From a virus: a stretch of DNA of 64,000 nucleotides. A program made the translations under genes and the position numbers. The stretch is taken from IMG/VR virus record IMGVR_UViG_3300036790_000270, positions 53,212-117,211 of that record, one strand, 5' to 3'. Numbering within the stretch: position 1 is the stretch's first letter; each line of letters opens with the position of its first letter. Of the stretch, positions 37,440-47,400 are shown in pieces. The notes beneath the pieces were generated by a model. That model made no database searches. It saw only the letters and a list, made by a program, of their open reading frames with translations, and was not told where the DNA came from.

Positions 37440-38204
37440 CTACGGCCGCAGCAGCCAGGAGAAGATCTCCGCGCCCTCGTTCCGCTCGGTCACCGTCGCC
37501 GAGTTGGCTTCCTCCCGGGCCATCTTCACCGCGGTGCGCAGTGCCGACAGCCGGTCGAGCAGCTCCGCCTTCCGCTTCGCCTCCAGGGCGCCGGAGAAGC
37601 TCACCGTCGTGTTGTACTCGACGATCTCGTCGCGGGTCATCACGTCGACCTGCTCCTGGATCGTCGGGGTGCCGTTGCCGCGGTGCCAGTTGAACATGAC
37701 CTTGTCCTTCAGGTCACCTTCCTGCGGGCGCACCGAGCGCCACTGGCCGGGCTCGGTGTTCTCATTCGTCCAGTCCTGCACCCCGTTCAGCACCGGGAGC
37801 GCCTGCACGATGGCGTGCAGCTTGGTGAGCTCGCCTTCCAGGTACACCAGGTGCCGGACCGGGACGTCGTGCATGACGGTGTGCGGCCCGACCACGACGT
37901 CCGCCTTCGCCGCGCCCTGGGCGGTGTCCAGGGTCAGCGCGGTGTCCCACTTGGCAGTCAGCAGCGTCTTCACGTCATCGAGGACCTGAACCGCGGTGTA
38001 GGCGACCTTCTTCTTCACGTCGGGGGTCACCCGGCGGCGCTGGTGGTTCGGGTCGACGGAGTCACTCGCCGCGACCGACTCCTTCTCCATCCCGCTGAAC
38101 AGCTCCGGCTTGGCGACCACCTGGGACACCCGGGCGAGCGCCGTGTCGGTCTCGGTGTTAACCCCGCTGATGATCGCAAGCAGCTGGTGAATCCGGACGG
38201 GCAT
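37440..38204 (-). CDS. Conserved helical/coiled-coil protein of unknown function (family recalled as DUF7873-like; unverified)
   Basis: 'IHQLLAI...LFSG...ADVVV...VPVRHLVYLE...LPVL...FSGAL...VKMAREEAN' resembles a widespread actinobacterial/phage family; AGGAG RBS. Confidence 0.75.
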   Translation of the reverse strand: MPVRIHQLLAIISGVNTETDTALARVSQVVAKPELFSGMEKESVAASDSVDPNHQRRRVTPDVKKKVAYTAVQVLDDVKTLLTAKWDTALTLDTAQGAAKADVVVGPHTVMHDVPVRHLVYLEGELTKLHAIVQALPVLNGVQDWTNENTEPGQWRSVRPQEGDLKDKVMFNWHRGNGTPTIQEQVDVMTRDEIVEYNTTVSFSGALEAKRKAELLDRLSALRTAVKMAREEANSATVTERNEGAEIFSWLLRP

Positions 38205-38243
38205 CCTTGCTCTCCTTTATACGTTTACGTTTACACGAGACCG

Positions 38244-38389
38244 GGCGTTACTACCTTGGGCCTCGTGTCTCGGGTGGCCCGGCGTCGTACGTTTGGGTTA
38301 CGTCTTGCTGGCCGGGGCGTTACTACCTTGGGCCTCGTGTCTGCGTTGGCCCCGGCGTTTGTGCTGTGGGCCTCGTCATGATGCTGGCC
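38244..38389 (-). repeat. TIGR-like array segment, 4 units
   Basis: GGCG-N9-TGGGYYWCG-N9-TGGCC four times (one unit has a 6-nt spacer). Confidence 0.9.
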
Positions 38390-38782
38390 GGGACGCCACG
38401 GCCCCGGGAGGCACTACACCATGCCTCCCGGGGCCTTTCCCTCCTCCGGCGCGCGTACCGGCCGTCCCGGCAGGGTGCCTTCAGCGTGCCGGAGCTTTAT
38501 GCCGCGCCGGGTCAGGCAGCCTGCGCGGGGAACGGGGCGGTGCTGGTGAGCCGCTGGTAAAGGCCGTGGAGGGCCTCCGTCGCGGTGACCTCGGGGGCCT
38601 GCGCCAGGCACGCGCCCTGGCTGTTCGACCAGTTCATGCTTTCCTCCTGATAAGTCGGCCCGCGGTACCCGTCCCGGGATTAGCCCCCGTTATGAGCAGG
38701 GCCGCTGACTGGCCCGGGAACGGGTTCGCTGCGGGGGCTGCACCGCGGTACTGGCGGCGTCCCTCCGCCGTCGTACAGCATC

Positions 38783-39064
38783 TTACACGCTCTCGCCGGG
38801 CCGTGTCAGCGACTTAACCGAAGGCGCAGGCGATTTTGGTCTCGTGTCATCGTTGGCCTCCGTCTCGTCGCCGAGCACGCTGATTACCGCGTCCAGCACG
38901 TCGTCGGGCCGCTTCTCCGCGACCTTCAGCAGCACTGCCAGCAGCACCTCGCCGTCCGCGTCCAGCGCCAGGCGCCCGGATAGCAGCAGCCGGATCTTCT
39001 GCCGCACGTGCCGGTACGGTATTCCCTTGTCCGGGTCCGGCGCCCCGGCGTAACCACGTGGCAT
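38783..39064 (-). CDS. Hypothetical protein; its 3' end overlaps a solo TIGR-like unit at 38823-38858
   Basis: 93-aa ORF; unit GGCG-CAGGCGATT-TTGGTCTCG-TGTCATCGT-TGGCC. Confidence 0.55.
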   Translation of the reverse strand: MPRGYAGAPDPDKGIPYRHVRQKIRLLLSGRLALDADGEVLLAVLLKVAEKRPDDVLDAVISVLGDETEANDDTRPKSPAPSVKSLTRPGESV

Positions 39065-39074
39065 CGCACTGTCC

Positions 39075-40031
39075 TTACCGGCGGGCCTGCTCCAGCGCCT
39101 GGTGCGCCTTAGACAGGGCCAGCAGGTTGCCGTCCTTGCCGGGCAGCGGCAGGAAGTCCGGCACCGAGCTGGCCGCGAAGTACTTCAGGCCGGTCCGCGG
39201 GCGCACGTCGAAGTTCGGGTTCACCCGGGCGTAGTTCTCATTGCGGGCGTGCTTGTTCCACGCGGTGGTGAACGCGTACAGCTCCATCAGCCGCTTGTCG
39301 GCTGGCAGCCGGTCCCGGACCGTGCCGAGCAGCAGCCAGTTGTGCAGGGTAAGCGCCGGGTTGCCCCGGTCCAGGTTGGCGCCGGTGCGCACCGACTCCC
39401 AGAAGCCGTCCGGGTCAATCTTGGTGACCGTGCCGTCCTCGTCGCGCTCCGCCGTCCGCATGATCGCGTACCCGGCGACCGACGGGTTGGCCCGCACCGC
39501 CCGGTACAGCGCCTCGCCCCGGTGGATCGCGTCGGTGATTCCCGGTGCGTCCACCCACGCGTCCTGTGACGCCCGGGTCAGCGCCTGCTTGCCGGGGTTA
39601 CGCACCCCGTCGATGCCGTAGTTCTCGTACAGCGCCATGTACTTGGCGAGCACCGAGGCCCGCTTGTAATCGGGTATCGCCAGCATCCGCAGGGTGTCCG
39701 CGTAGGTGCGCTTGCGGCCCGTGTCGATGTACTCGGCCTCCTCTGTGGTGATGCCCCGGATGAACGGCAGGTACGTGGCGATGCCGGTCCGGATGATCGC
39801 CGCGAAGCGGTGCTGGCCGTCCCAGGCCCGGTCCGCGTCGTCCAGGTAAACGGGGCTGATCCCCGGGAAGAACGTGCCCTCCCGCAGGTTCAGCTCCATC
39901 ACCGCGGTATCCAGCTTCGACTGGCTGCGGTTGGCGTGCATCGTCTTCAGGTACCGCTCGGCGTCCTTCGGCGTCACCAGCGTCATCTCAAAGGTGACGT
40001 GCGCCGGGAACGGGACTTCGGTACTGGTCAC
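39075..40031 (-). CDS. ParB-like N-terminal (DGQHR) domain protein
   Basis: 'VTPKDAERYL...ANRS...WDGQHRFAAI...IDTGRKRT'; GGAGG RBS before GTG at about 40031. Confidence 0.75.
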   Translation of the reverse strand: MTSTEVPFPAHVTFEMTLVTPKDAERYLKTMHANRSQSKLDTAVMELNLREGTFFPGISPVYLDDADRAWDGQHRFAAIIRTGIATYLPFIRGITTEEAEYIDTGRKRTYADTLRMLAIPDYKRASVLAKYMALYENYGIDGVRNPGKQALTRASQDAWVDAPGITDAIHRGEALYRAVRANPSVAGYAIMRTAERDEDGTVTKIDPDGFWESVRTGANLDRGNPALTLHNWLLLGTVRDRLPADKRLMELYAFTTAWNKHARNENYARVNPNFDVRPRTGLKYFAASSVPDFLPLPGKDGNLLALSKAHQALEQARR

Positions 40032-40138
40032 GCGGTCCTCCTGAAAAGGGGATAGCAGAAGTTGTGTCATGGCTGCTCGGAACAAGCTGGCTGCGGTATC
40101 TATTCCGCGTCAGGGCCACCGCCCTCGCGAGCCCCGCA

Positions 40139-40374
40139 GGCGTCACGGGAATGGGTTTCGTGTCGACTTTGGCCTGCCAGGGGCCGGCGTTCTACCTGTG
40201 GGTTCCGTCCTCGGTTTGGCCGGGCGTTACTTGTTTGGGTCTCGTGAAGGCGTTGGCCCGGCGTGGTTCAGGCGGGTTCCGTGCTCGGTTTGGCCTGGCG
40301 CTGTGCCGCTGGGTTCCGTGAAGTAGTTGGCCGGGCCCGGCGTAACATCATTGGGTTCCGCCTCACTTTTGGCC
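40139..40374 (-). repeat. TIGR-like array segment, 6 units
   Basis: Tandem GGCG-N9-(T/C)GGGTYYCG-N9-TGGCC. Confidence 0.92.
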
Positions 40375-40389
40375 GGGCCCGCGCCAGGC

Positions 40390-40530
40390 TTACTGCATCG
40401 CCCCGCAGCCGTTAGCCAGGCAGATATGGCGCCCGTCGTGGTTAACGTCGTCCCCGCACCGGTGCAGGCTGCCCGGGTGGGCCGGCTCCTTCAGCGTCCC
40501 CCAGCTGTGCCCGCATGCTCTTACTGCCAT
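40390..40530 (-). CDS. 46-aa Cys/His-rich peptide embedded between array segments
   Basis: MAVRACGHSWGTLKEPAHPGSLHRCGDDVNHDGRHICLANGCGAMQ; AGGAGAAG RBS. Confidence 0.6.
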   Translation of the reverse strand: MAVRACGHSWGTLKEPAHPGSLHRCGDDVNHDGRHICLANGCGAMQ

Positions 40531-40554
40531 CAGCTTCTCCTTCTCCGGGTGCCC

Positions 40555-40874
40555 GGCGTTTGCCTTTTGGGTCTCGTAGGCCGTATGGCCGGGCCCGGCG
40601 TGGCGACATTGGGTCCCGTCAAGCTTGATGGCCGGGCCCGGCGTTTGTGGACTGGGTCTCGTGAGGACTATGGCCGGGCGTGATGGATTTGGGTCTCGTG
40701 TCTCAGATGGCCCGGCGTTGTCCTGTTGGGTTCCGTGTCGACTTTGGCCGGGCGTTACTGTCGTGGGTTCCGTTGCTCGGTTGGCCCGGCGTGCATCCAA
40801 TGGGTTCCGTGAACTTGATGGCCGGGCAGCACGGCGGCGGCGTTCCAGGAATGGGTTCCGTTACTACACTGGCC
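40555..40874 (-). repeat. TIGR-like array segment, 8 units, directly downstream of the Tas-like gene
   Basis: Tandem ~37-nt units with 9-nt variable spacers. Confidence 0.93.
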
Positions 40875-40883
40875 GCCTGCCCG

Positions 40884-41771
40884 CTACCGGCCGCGGTGCC
40901 GTCCCCGGTTCTCCTCCCCCACCCGGACCGTCCCGTACACCGGCGCGTCCCCGGCTGCCGTCAGCCACAGGTCCCGCAGGATCTCCTTACCGGTGTGCCG
41001 CAGCCCGATCGCGTGCACGTGCGACTTCTGGTACGGGTCCCCGGCCAGGGCGTAACCGAGCTTCACCTTGCCGCCGGCCGCGTCATCCGGGGTTGCCAGC
41101 GGGTCAGTGTCATCAGGGACGTGCGTCTTGCACTTGACGTACAGCTTCCCGCTGTACCCGCCCACGCAGTCCCGGGTGTGCACCCGCCCGCTGTAGGCTG
41201 CCTTCACGTCGTCGTAGACCTTCCGGTACCCGGTACCCGCCTTCGCGGTGCTCTTCACCTGCGCGACCGACATCAGGTAGACCAGCTTCTTCGCGTCGGG
41301 GCGCCCGTTGGCCATCAGCGCGTCCGCGTCGCCCTTCACGTTCCGGTTCTTCGGCGCGCCCACTGAGCAGTATTGCCACAGCTCGCCCACCCCCCGCGGG
41401 TGCTCCTCGTCGTCGATCAGGTGCCGCCCCGGGCCCTCGCCCTCCCAGTGCCGCGGGGAGGCCGTCCGCGGGTCACCGGTGATGCCCAGCAGCCGGGCCA
41501 GGGTATGCTCGCCGATCCCCGCGCTCTCCTGCTGCCAGCGCTGCACGCTTTCCGGCACCGTCATCCGGTAGCAGGCCGTCAGCTCCGCCTCCAGCCGCTT
41601 CTCCGCCTCCTTGTACAGCTCCAGCACCGGGCCGAGCGCGTCCAGCGTCACCGTCCCCGACCGCTTGGTGTTCTCGAACGCGATCCGGGCGGCCTGCGCG
41701 TCCGCGAACTCCTCCGCCCACATCCGCAGCTCGGTGTACGAGCCCGGGTTGGTGCGCCTGACATTCGTCAT
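40884..41771 (-). CDS. TasA-like Nop-domain (IS110/box C/D-related) RNA-binding protein with no recognisable nuclease domain
   Basis: Coiled-coil 'ADAQAARIAFEN', HhH-like 'AGIGEHTLARLLG', 'LWQYCSVG', 'YRKVYD', C-terminal 'HVHAIGLRHTGKEILRDLW'; no DEDD/RuvC N-terminus; AAGGAG RBS; flanked by dual-spacer arrays. Confidence 0.8.
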   Translation of the reverse strand: MTNVRRTNPGSYTELRMWAEEFADAQAARIAFENTKRSGTVTLDALGPVLELYKEAEKRLEAELTACYRMTVPESVQRWQQESAGIGEHTLARLLGITGDPRTASPRHWEGEGPGRHLIDDEEHPRGVGELWQYCSVGAPKNRNVKGDADALMANGRPDAKKLVYLMSVAQVKSTAKAGTGYRKVYDDVKAAYSGRVHTRDCVGGYSGKLYVKCKTHVPDDTDPLATPDDAAGGKVKLGYALAGDPYQKSHVHAIGLRHTGKEILRDLWLTAAGDAPVYGTVRVGEENRGRHRGR

Positions 41772-41789
41772 TTCCTTTTCTCCTTGCGA

Positions 41790-42434
41790 TGGCCGGCGTA
41801 TTGTGTACGGGTTCCGTCGTGTGCATGGCCGCCGGGGCGTTAACAGGGTGGGTTCCGTGAGGCAGTTGGCCCGGCGTTGTTCTCTTGGGTTCCGTTGCTC
41901 GATTTGGCCGGGCCTGGCGTTAGCTAGTTGGGTTCCGTGAGGCAGTTGGCCGGGCGTTAACGTGGTGGGTTCCGTGACTCGGTTGGCCGGGCGTTACTGC
42001 CCTGGGTTCCGTGTGCCTGTTGGCCCGGCGTCGTGATTTTTGGGTTCCGTACCTGAAGTGGCCGGGCGTCATGTTTTTGGGTTCCGTGGAAGCGGTGGCC
42101 CGGCGTCATGGCATTGGGCCTCGTTACGGTGGTGGCCGGGCGTGCAGTCATTGGGTTTCGTTACTCAGTTGGCCCGGCGTGCGTCCAATGGGCTCCGTTG
42201 GAGTGGTGGCCGGGCGTTCAGCCATTGGGTCTCGTTAACTCAGTTGGCCCGGCGTGACCAGTATGGGTTCCGTTACGTAGCTGGCCGGGCGATACCTGAT
42301 TGGGTTCCGCGGGAGTGGTGGCCCGGCGTGGGTCGCATGGGTTCCGTAACGGGTTTGGCCGGGCGTAACACCGATGGGTCTCGTTGCGTGGTTGGCCTGG
42401 CGCCCGGACACCGGGTTCCGTCATGCGGCCGGCC
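41790..42434 (-). repeat. Main TIGR-like array, 17 units, directly upstream of the Tas-like gene
   Basis: Minus-strand unit GGCCA-spacerA(9)-CGGAACCCA-spacerB(9)-CGCC(C/G); ~37-nt period; both repeats end in CCA. Confidence 0.95.
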
Positions 42435-42968
42435 TAGGCGCCCACCGGGGCGTCCTGCCCCAGCAGGCTGTCCGGCAGCGCGCCGAACCGGTCCGCGTAA
42501 TCATCCAGGTCGGGGCAGCCCGCCTGCGCCAGCAGCGCCGCCGCGCTCTCGTGCCGGGCGATCGTCGCGTCCGCCCCGCTGACGTACCGGCGCTTGCACT
42601 CGCGCAGGAACGCGGCCCGCAGCCGGTGGTGCTCCGGGGTCAGCCGCCCCCAGGGAACCTGCCCCTGGCCCGGCACGTAGCAGGTCTCGCCGAGCAGCCG
42701 CCGCATCGCGTCCTCCGCCGGGTTGGTGTAGGCGGCCAGCTCACCGCGGACCGCCGGCGGGGCGGAGCTGAACGCCCGCTTCTCGCTGCGCCGCACGCTG
42801 CCCCGCCCGTTAGCCGAGACCCACAAGGTGACCGCCGGCAGGAAGGCATGCGGGCCGTTGCCCGCCGCCGCGTAGTTCTCCAGCATCCACTGCGCCAGCT
42901 GCCGCGCGGTAGCGCCCGGCCCCAGCTCCGCGTGCGCGGCCAGCAGCAGTTCCGTCAGTGCGTCCATG
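42434..42968 (-). CDS. Hypothetical protein immediately upstream of the main array (start uncertain)
   Basis: ORF stop abuts the first array unit; 'MDALTELLLAAH...'. Confidence 0.55.
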
Positions 42969-43815
42969 CCCGGGTGCAACACAGGCTCGCCCGATTTTGT
43001 TCCGCGCTTACGCTGAGCTGCCGTTACTCCCGTGCTCCACGCCGTGCATGAATGCCTTGCGCGCCGCGTCCTTCTCACCGTAGCTCCAGTTGGTACCCGA
43101 GTTGTCCTGCGCCCAGTACTCCTCGAACGCCACCGCCAGCCCGGCCTGCTGGCCGTCTGCCCGCTCTGCCTTCGTCACCTTCAGGCTGTACGGGGACAGC
43201 TGCAGCCGTACCGGCAGGCCCGTCGCGCTGCTCCGGGCAATCATCTTCGCCAGGACCGCGTCGGGGTCATCCGGCGCGCAGGTCACCGTGACATTCAGGT
43301 CCAGGCTCTTGCTCATGTCGCTCATGCTCTCCTCCTTGGTATTCCCGCCCTGGCTGCCGTCGCCCGGCGGGTCCCCCGGCGTTACGTACCAGGGGCGGTC
43401 GTGCTCGTGGTGGCTGCCCAGGTAGCCCGGCCACGCGTGCAGCCGCTCGTGCTCGCGCCCGACGTCAGCGGTCGACCGGAACGTGAAGTCGTGCCCGGCC
43501 GGGTAGCTCCCCGCGTGATCCGGGTGGTGGTGCAGGTGGCCCGTTACCCAGGCCCGCCAGCCGGCATCCCGGGCAGGCCGCTCTTCCGCGCCCGCGGCCT
43601 GCTGCCGGAGACGAGCCGCCTCCCGCCTGAACCTGGCCAGCACGCGCCTTGTCGTCGGGTCGCTGAAGTTCCACGGCCGCCCCTTCTCGTACGCGAGGAG
43701 CATCGCCTCGATGAAATCCTGCTCACCAGGGGTCACGCTTCCTCCTTCATCTTCTCCGCGACCTCCTGCGGGACCGGCCAGCCGAGCTCGCGGGCCGAAC
43801 CCGGGCTCTGCGGGG

Positions 43816-44205
43816 TCATTCACAAGCGGGGTCCTCCGTTGCCTCCGGGTCGTCACGGAACGAGTGCCAGTCAACCTCAAGCCACGCCAGCCCGCGGACC
43901 TCATCGACCTCGGCCACAACCGCGTCAGCCGCGATGCCGTCGAACGGCTCAACGGCCAGGACCTTGCCCCCTGTGGCAACGGGGCCGTCAGCCTGCGAGA
44001 GGCGGCCGTAAGCTCGGCCCTTCCGGTCGTGCTCGTTGAAGTCGACGGGGATGCGGACGGTCACGGCTGCCCGCACCTGCTCTAGCGCCCCGGCCAGGTA
44101 CGCGGCCAGCATCTCCGCGCGGTTGAACTGCTCGGCGTTGTCACCGTGCATGTTCTCCAGCCAGGCGGCGGCTTTCTCCTCGGGCAGCAGTTCATGTGTT
44201 GTCAT
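43816..44205 (-). CDS. Hypothetical protein
   Basis: 'MTTHELL...IPVDFNE...' ORF in the leftward block. Confidence 0.5.
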   Translation of the reverse strand: MTTHELLPEEKAAAWLENMHGDNAEQFNRAEMLAAYLAGALEQVRAAVTVRIPVDFNEHDRKGRAYGRLSQADGPVATGGKVLAVEPFDGIAADAVVAEVDEVRGLAWLEVDWHSFRDDPEATEDPACE

Positions 44206-44468
44206 GACGCGTGCAACAGGTGACTGGTAACTTCTGTTCCTGGTCACGGTGCGTAGTACGCACAGGATCACACACCGGTGTCTTGTAGCACGTCACGGAA
44301 AGTAACAGCAGGCTTTGCCCGGTCATGACCGGCCGCCGGCGCCCCCGGTCTTACGCTGGGCCTGCCCCTGCGGCCGGGACCCGGAGCCAGGGCCGCGCTT
44401 CCCGTCAGCACCGCCCGGAGGAGGCTGCTCATGCCCGTTGCTGTTACCAGTGATCCGGAAGCTGCCCA

Positions 44469-47400
44469 GTGAGCCGCGCGGCTGAGCCGTTCCGGCTGAC
44501 CACCGGGCGGTGGCACAACCGCTACGACCCGGAGACCGGCCGCACCGCCAAGGCCCCCTGCTACCTGGCCGGCTTCACCTACGACGACTTCGAGTACGGC
44601 GGCGACTACCCGGCCGCCTACCTGCCGGAGGCAGACCCCCCGGAGAGCGTGCAGACCTCCCTGATCTGCGCCCCGTCCACGTTCCTGCTGGTCATCGACG
44701 TCGACCACCCCGAGCAGCTGGGCCCCAGCGCCACCGGGCAGCTGGTCTCCTGGCACGACGCCATGTCCGTGCGCGGCAGCCACTTCCACGTCGGCGTCGA
44801 CATGCGCGGCGCCCGGCCGCAGGACTGGCCGCTGCAGGGCCGCACCCCGTGGGGGGACGTCAAGTCCAACGGGTTCGTCGCCGCCCCCGGCTCCGTGCAC
44901 TACGGCGGCGAGCCCTACGCCCGCACCTCCGCCACCGTCCAGGAACGGCTCGTCGGGTGGACCCCGGAGCTGCTGTCCGCCCTGGCCGCCGACAAGGCCG
45001 CCCTGGTAGCGGCGAAGCGCGCCGAATGGGGCATCGCGGCAGGGGCCAGGCTGGACGGCGGCGGCTACCTGTACGCCAGCGGGTACACGGGCGGCAGCTG
45101 GGAGGCTATCCCCGACGGCGGCCTCAGGCACGACGACGAGCTGAAAGACCTGCTCTGGGACATGCACGTCGAGTACGGCCGGGACGAGGCCGAGTGCCGC
45201 GCCCAGTGGGAGCGCCTCGCCGGGGCGCTGGGCAAGCCGTGGACGGAGCGGGACTTCACCCGGCACTGGCACCGCGTCCCCGCCCGCCGCCTGGACCGCC
45301 TCGAAGACGACGACGCCTACAAGCTGGACCGGGACTTCGGGCTGCGGGTACTGCCCCCGGCCGTCGAGCAGGAGTACAGCCGCCAGCAGGCCGACTGGGA
45401 GCAGCGGGCCAAGGCCGCCGCCGACGAGGGGCGCCAGCCGCCCACCCCGGTCCCCGCCGACGGCCCCTTCGAGGACCCGGGTGACCCCGGCGCCGACCTG
45501 TTCGACTGGAACCTCGGCGTCGGCGCCTACCAGCGGCCGTTCGACGCCGGGCCGCCCAGCGACTCCGACAACGCCCGCGCCGTGCTGTCGCGGATCGGCG
45601 GCGTGTGCGCCTACCTGACCGACCGCGGCATCTGGCTCAAGCGGGTCGGCGCCCGCTGGGACGACCAGGAACTGGGCGCCAACCTGCGCCCGGTGCTGGC
45701 CGCCGTCGAGGAAGTCATGCCCGCTGGCTGCGCCGACCCGGTCAAGGTGCTGGACCTGGACGCCGACGACGACGCCCCGCAGGTGGCGGCACTTAAAGCG
45801 CAGGCCAAGAACCTGGAGCGGTTCAAGTCAACCGCGTCGCGGCAGTCCGTCGCCACCGCCTGCGCGGACACCGCCATCCGGTACTCCGGCCGCGGCCTGG
45901 CGACCCGCGCCGACGCCCTTGACACCGAGCCTGAGGTGCTGTGGGCGGGCGGGGTGCCCTGGGACCTGCGCGCCTCCCGCAACGGGCCCGTACGGGCCGC
46001 CCTGAGCCGTTACCAGCCGCACCTGATGAGCGCCGCCGTGGTCCCCGACCTGTCCGGGCCGCACGACCGCTGGGACGCGCTGACCGCGGCCATCTGGCCG
46101 GACGAACGGGGCCGCGAATGGGCGCTGCAGGTGCTCGCCGTCGCCTTCACCGGCTACTCCGACGCGGTCATGCCGATCCTGATGGGCGACCCCGGCCGGG
46201 GCAAGACGCACCTGGTCAAGCGGCTGATCGACGTCCTGGGGGGCAACACCTCCTGGAGCTACGGCGGCGTGATGAACGCCGACCTGCTGCGGTCGGACGC
46301 CAAGCTGCACGGCACCTTCACCCTCGACCTGAAAGGCAAGCGGCTCGCGTTCATCGACGAGGCCCCCGGGCACGGGCTCGCCGCCCAGCGCAGGCTCAAG
46401 TCCCTCACCGGCGGCGGCGCGCTGCAGGGCAACCGGATGCGGGAGAACCCGGTCAGCTTCGCGCCCACCCACACGCTGGTGATGACCGCCAACCACGAGG
46501 ACCCGCCGCCGCTCGACGAGCCCGCACTGCAGCGCCGGGCCCGGCTGATCTTCTTCGAGGGGGACCTGGCCGCCGTCGACGCCGCCAGCCGCGACATCGA
46601 CGGCGGGGAGCCCCAGCGGGCCGCCTGGCGCAAGGAGATGCCCTGGGTGCTGGCCCGGATGATGCAGCTGGCAGCCGCCTGGCTGGATAACCGCGGCGTC
46701 GCCGACGCCGACCGCGCCCCGCTCGACTGGCAGAACAAGAAAGACACCGAGATCAGCACCCAGGACCCGGTCCTCGCCTGGCTGGACTCCGGTGAGGTCG
46801 CGCCCGACCCGGCGGGCACCAGGTCCTCGGTGCTCCGGGAGAACTTCGTGTCCTGGTGCAAGAACCAGGGACTGGCCGCGCCGACCGTGACCAAGTGGGG
46901 CCGGCGGCTTACTGAACTCGGCTTCCCGGTCACCGGGCGTGACGCCGGCGGCAGGTACCGGCCCCTCAAGCCAGTTCTGCCTGGTGCGGCGGACTTCATG
47001 CATGGTTCAGGCGGCCGGTCAACTATGCAGCAAACCGTACATCCGGAGAATCCCCAGGTCAGCGGTAGCTCTATGTATAGTTTGTATAGTTTGTATAGTA
47101 AAAACAACACTACACAGGAAGAGAGTATAAATAACCCCCTAGCACCCCCTACCAGCACACATATAAATAAGGGGGAAAGTGGGAAAACTGAGCAACCGTG
47201 CACAGCCCCCGAAAATGTATGGTCTGACCTGGGGATTCATAGTTCTGTGCACGGTTCTGAGACCATGCAAGACAGTGCACAACCCGGCACAACCCCCCTG
47301 GCGAGCAAACCCCATACGCCGTACAGGAAATCGGGCGCGGAACCGGCCGCCACTCATAAGAGCCGTCCGGCCGAAACGGGCAAAAACGACAAAATAGTCG

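Noticed and set aside
40884-41771. Active IS110 transposase / insertion sequence
   Set aside because: No N-terminal DEDD RuvC-like domain and no recognisable catalytic-Ser 'SG' motif; context is dual-spacer arrays rather than IS ends.
42069-42282. Self-targeting of phage gene starts by spacers (AAAACATGA near 52669; TGACCAGTA near 40022)
   Set aside because: Only one 9-nt half matches and the partner spacer does not match the adjacent sequence; single 9-mer hits are expected by chance in 64 kb.
41790-42434. CRISPR array
   Set aside because: Repeats are only 9-10 nt and of two alternating types with 9-nt spacers; no cas1/cas2 or effector genes. The Cas4-like gene at 17354 is a typical stand-alone phage exonuclease.
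40064-42582. ORFs overlapping the arrays (e.g. 40327-40683, 40680-41366, 42040-42582, 38207-38560)
   Set aside because: Their recurring 'WPGV/LGSV/MGFR' peptides are translations of the repeat units, and the 37-nt period is not codon-phased.
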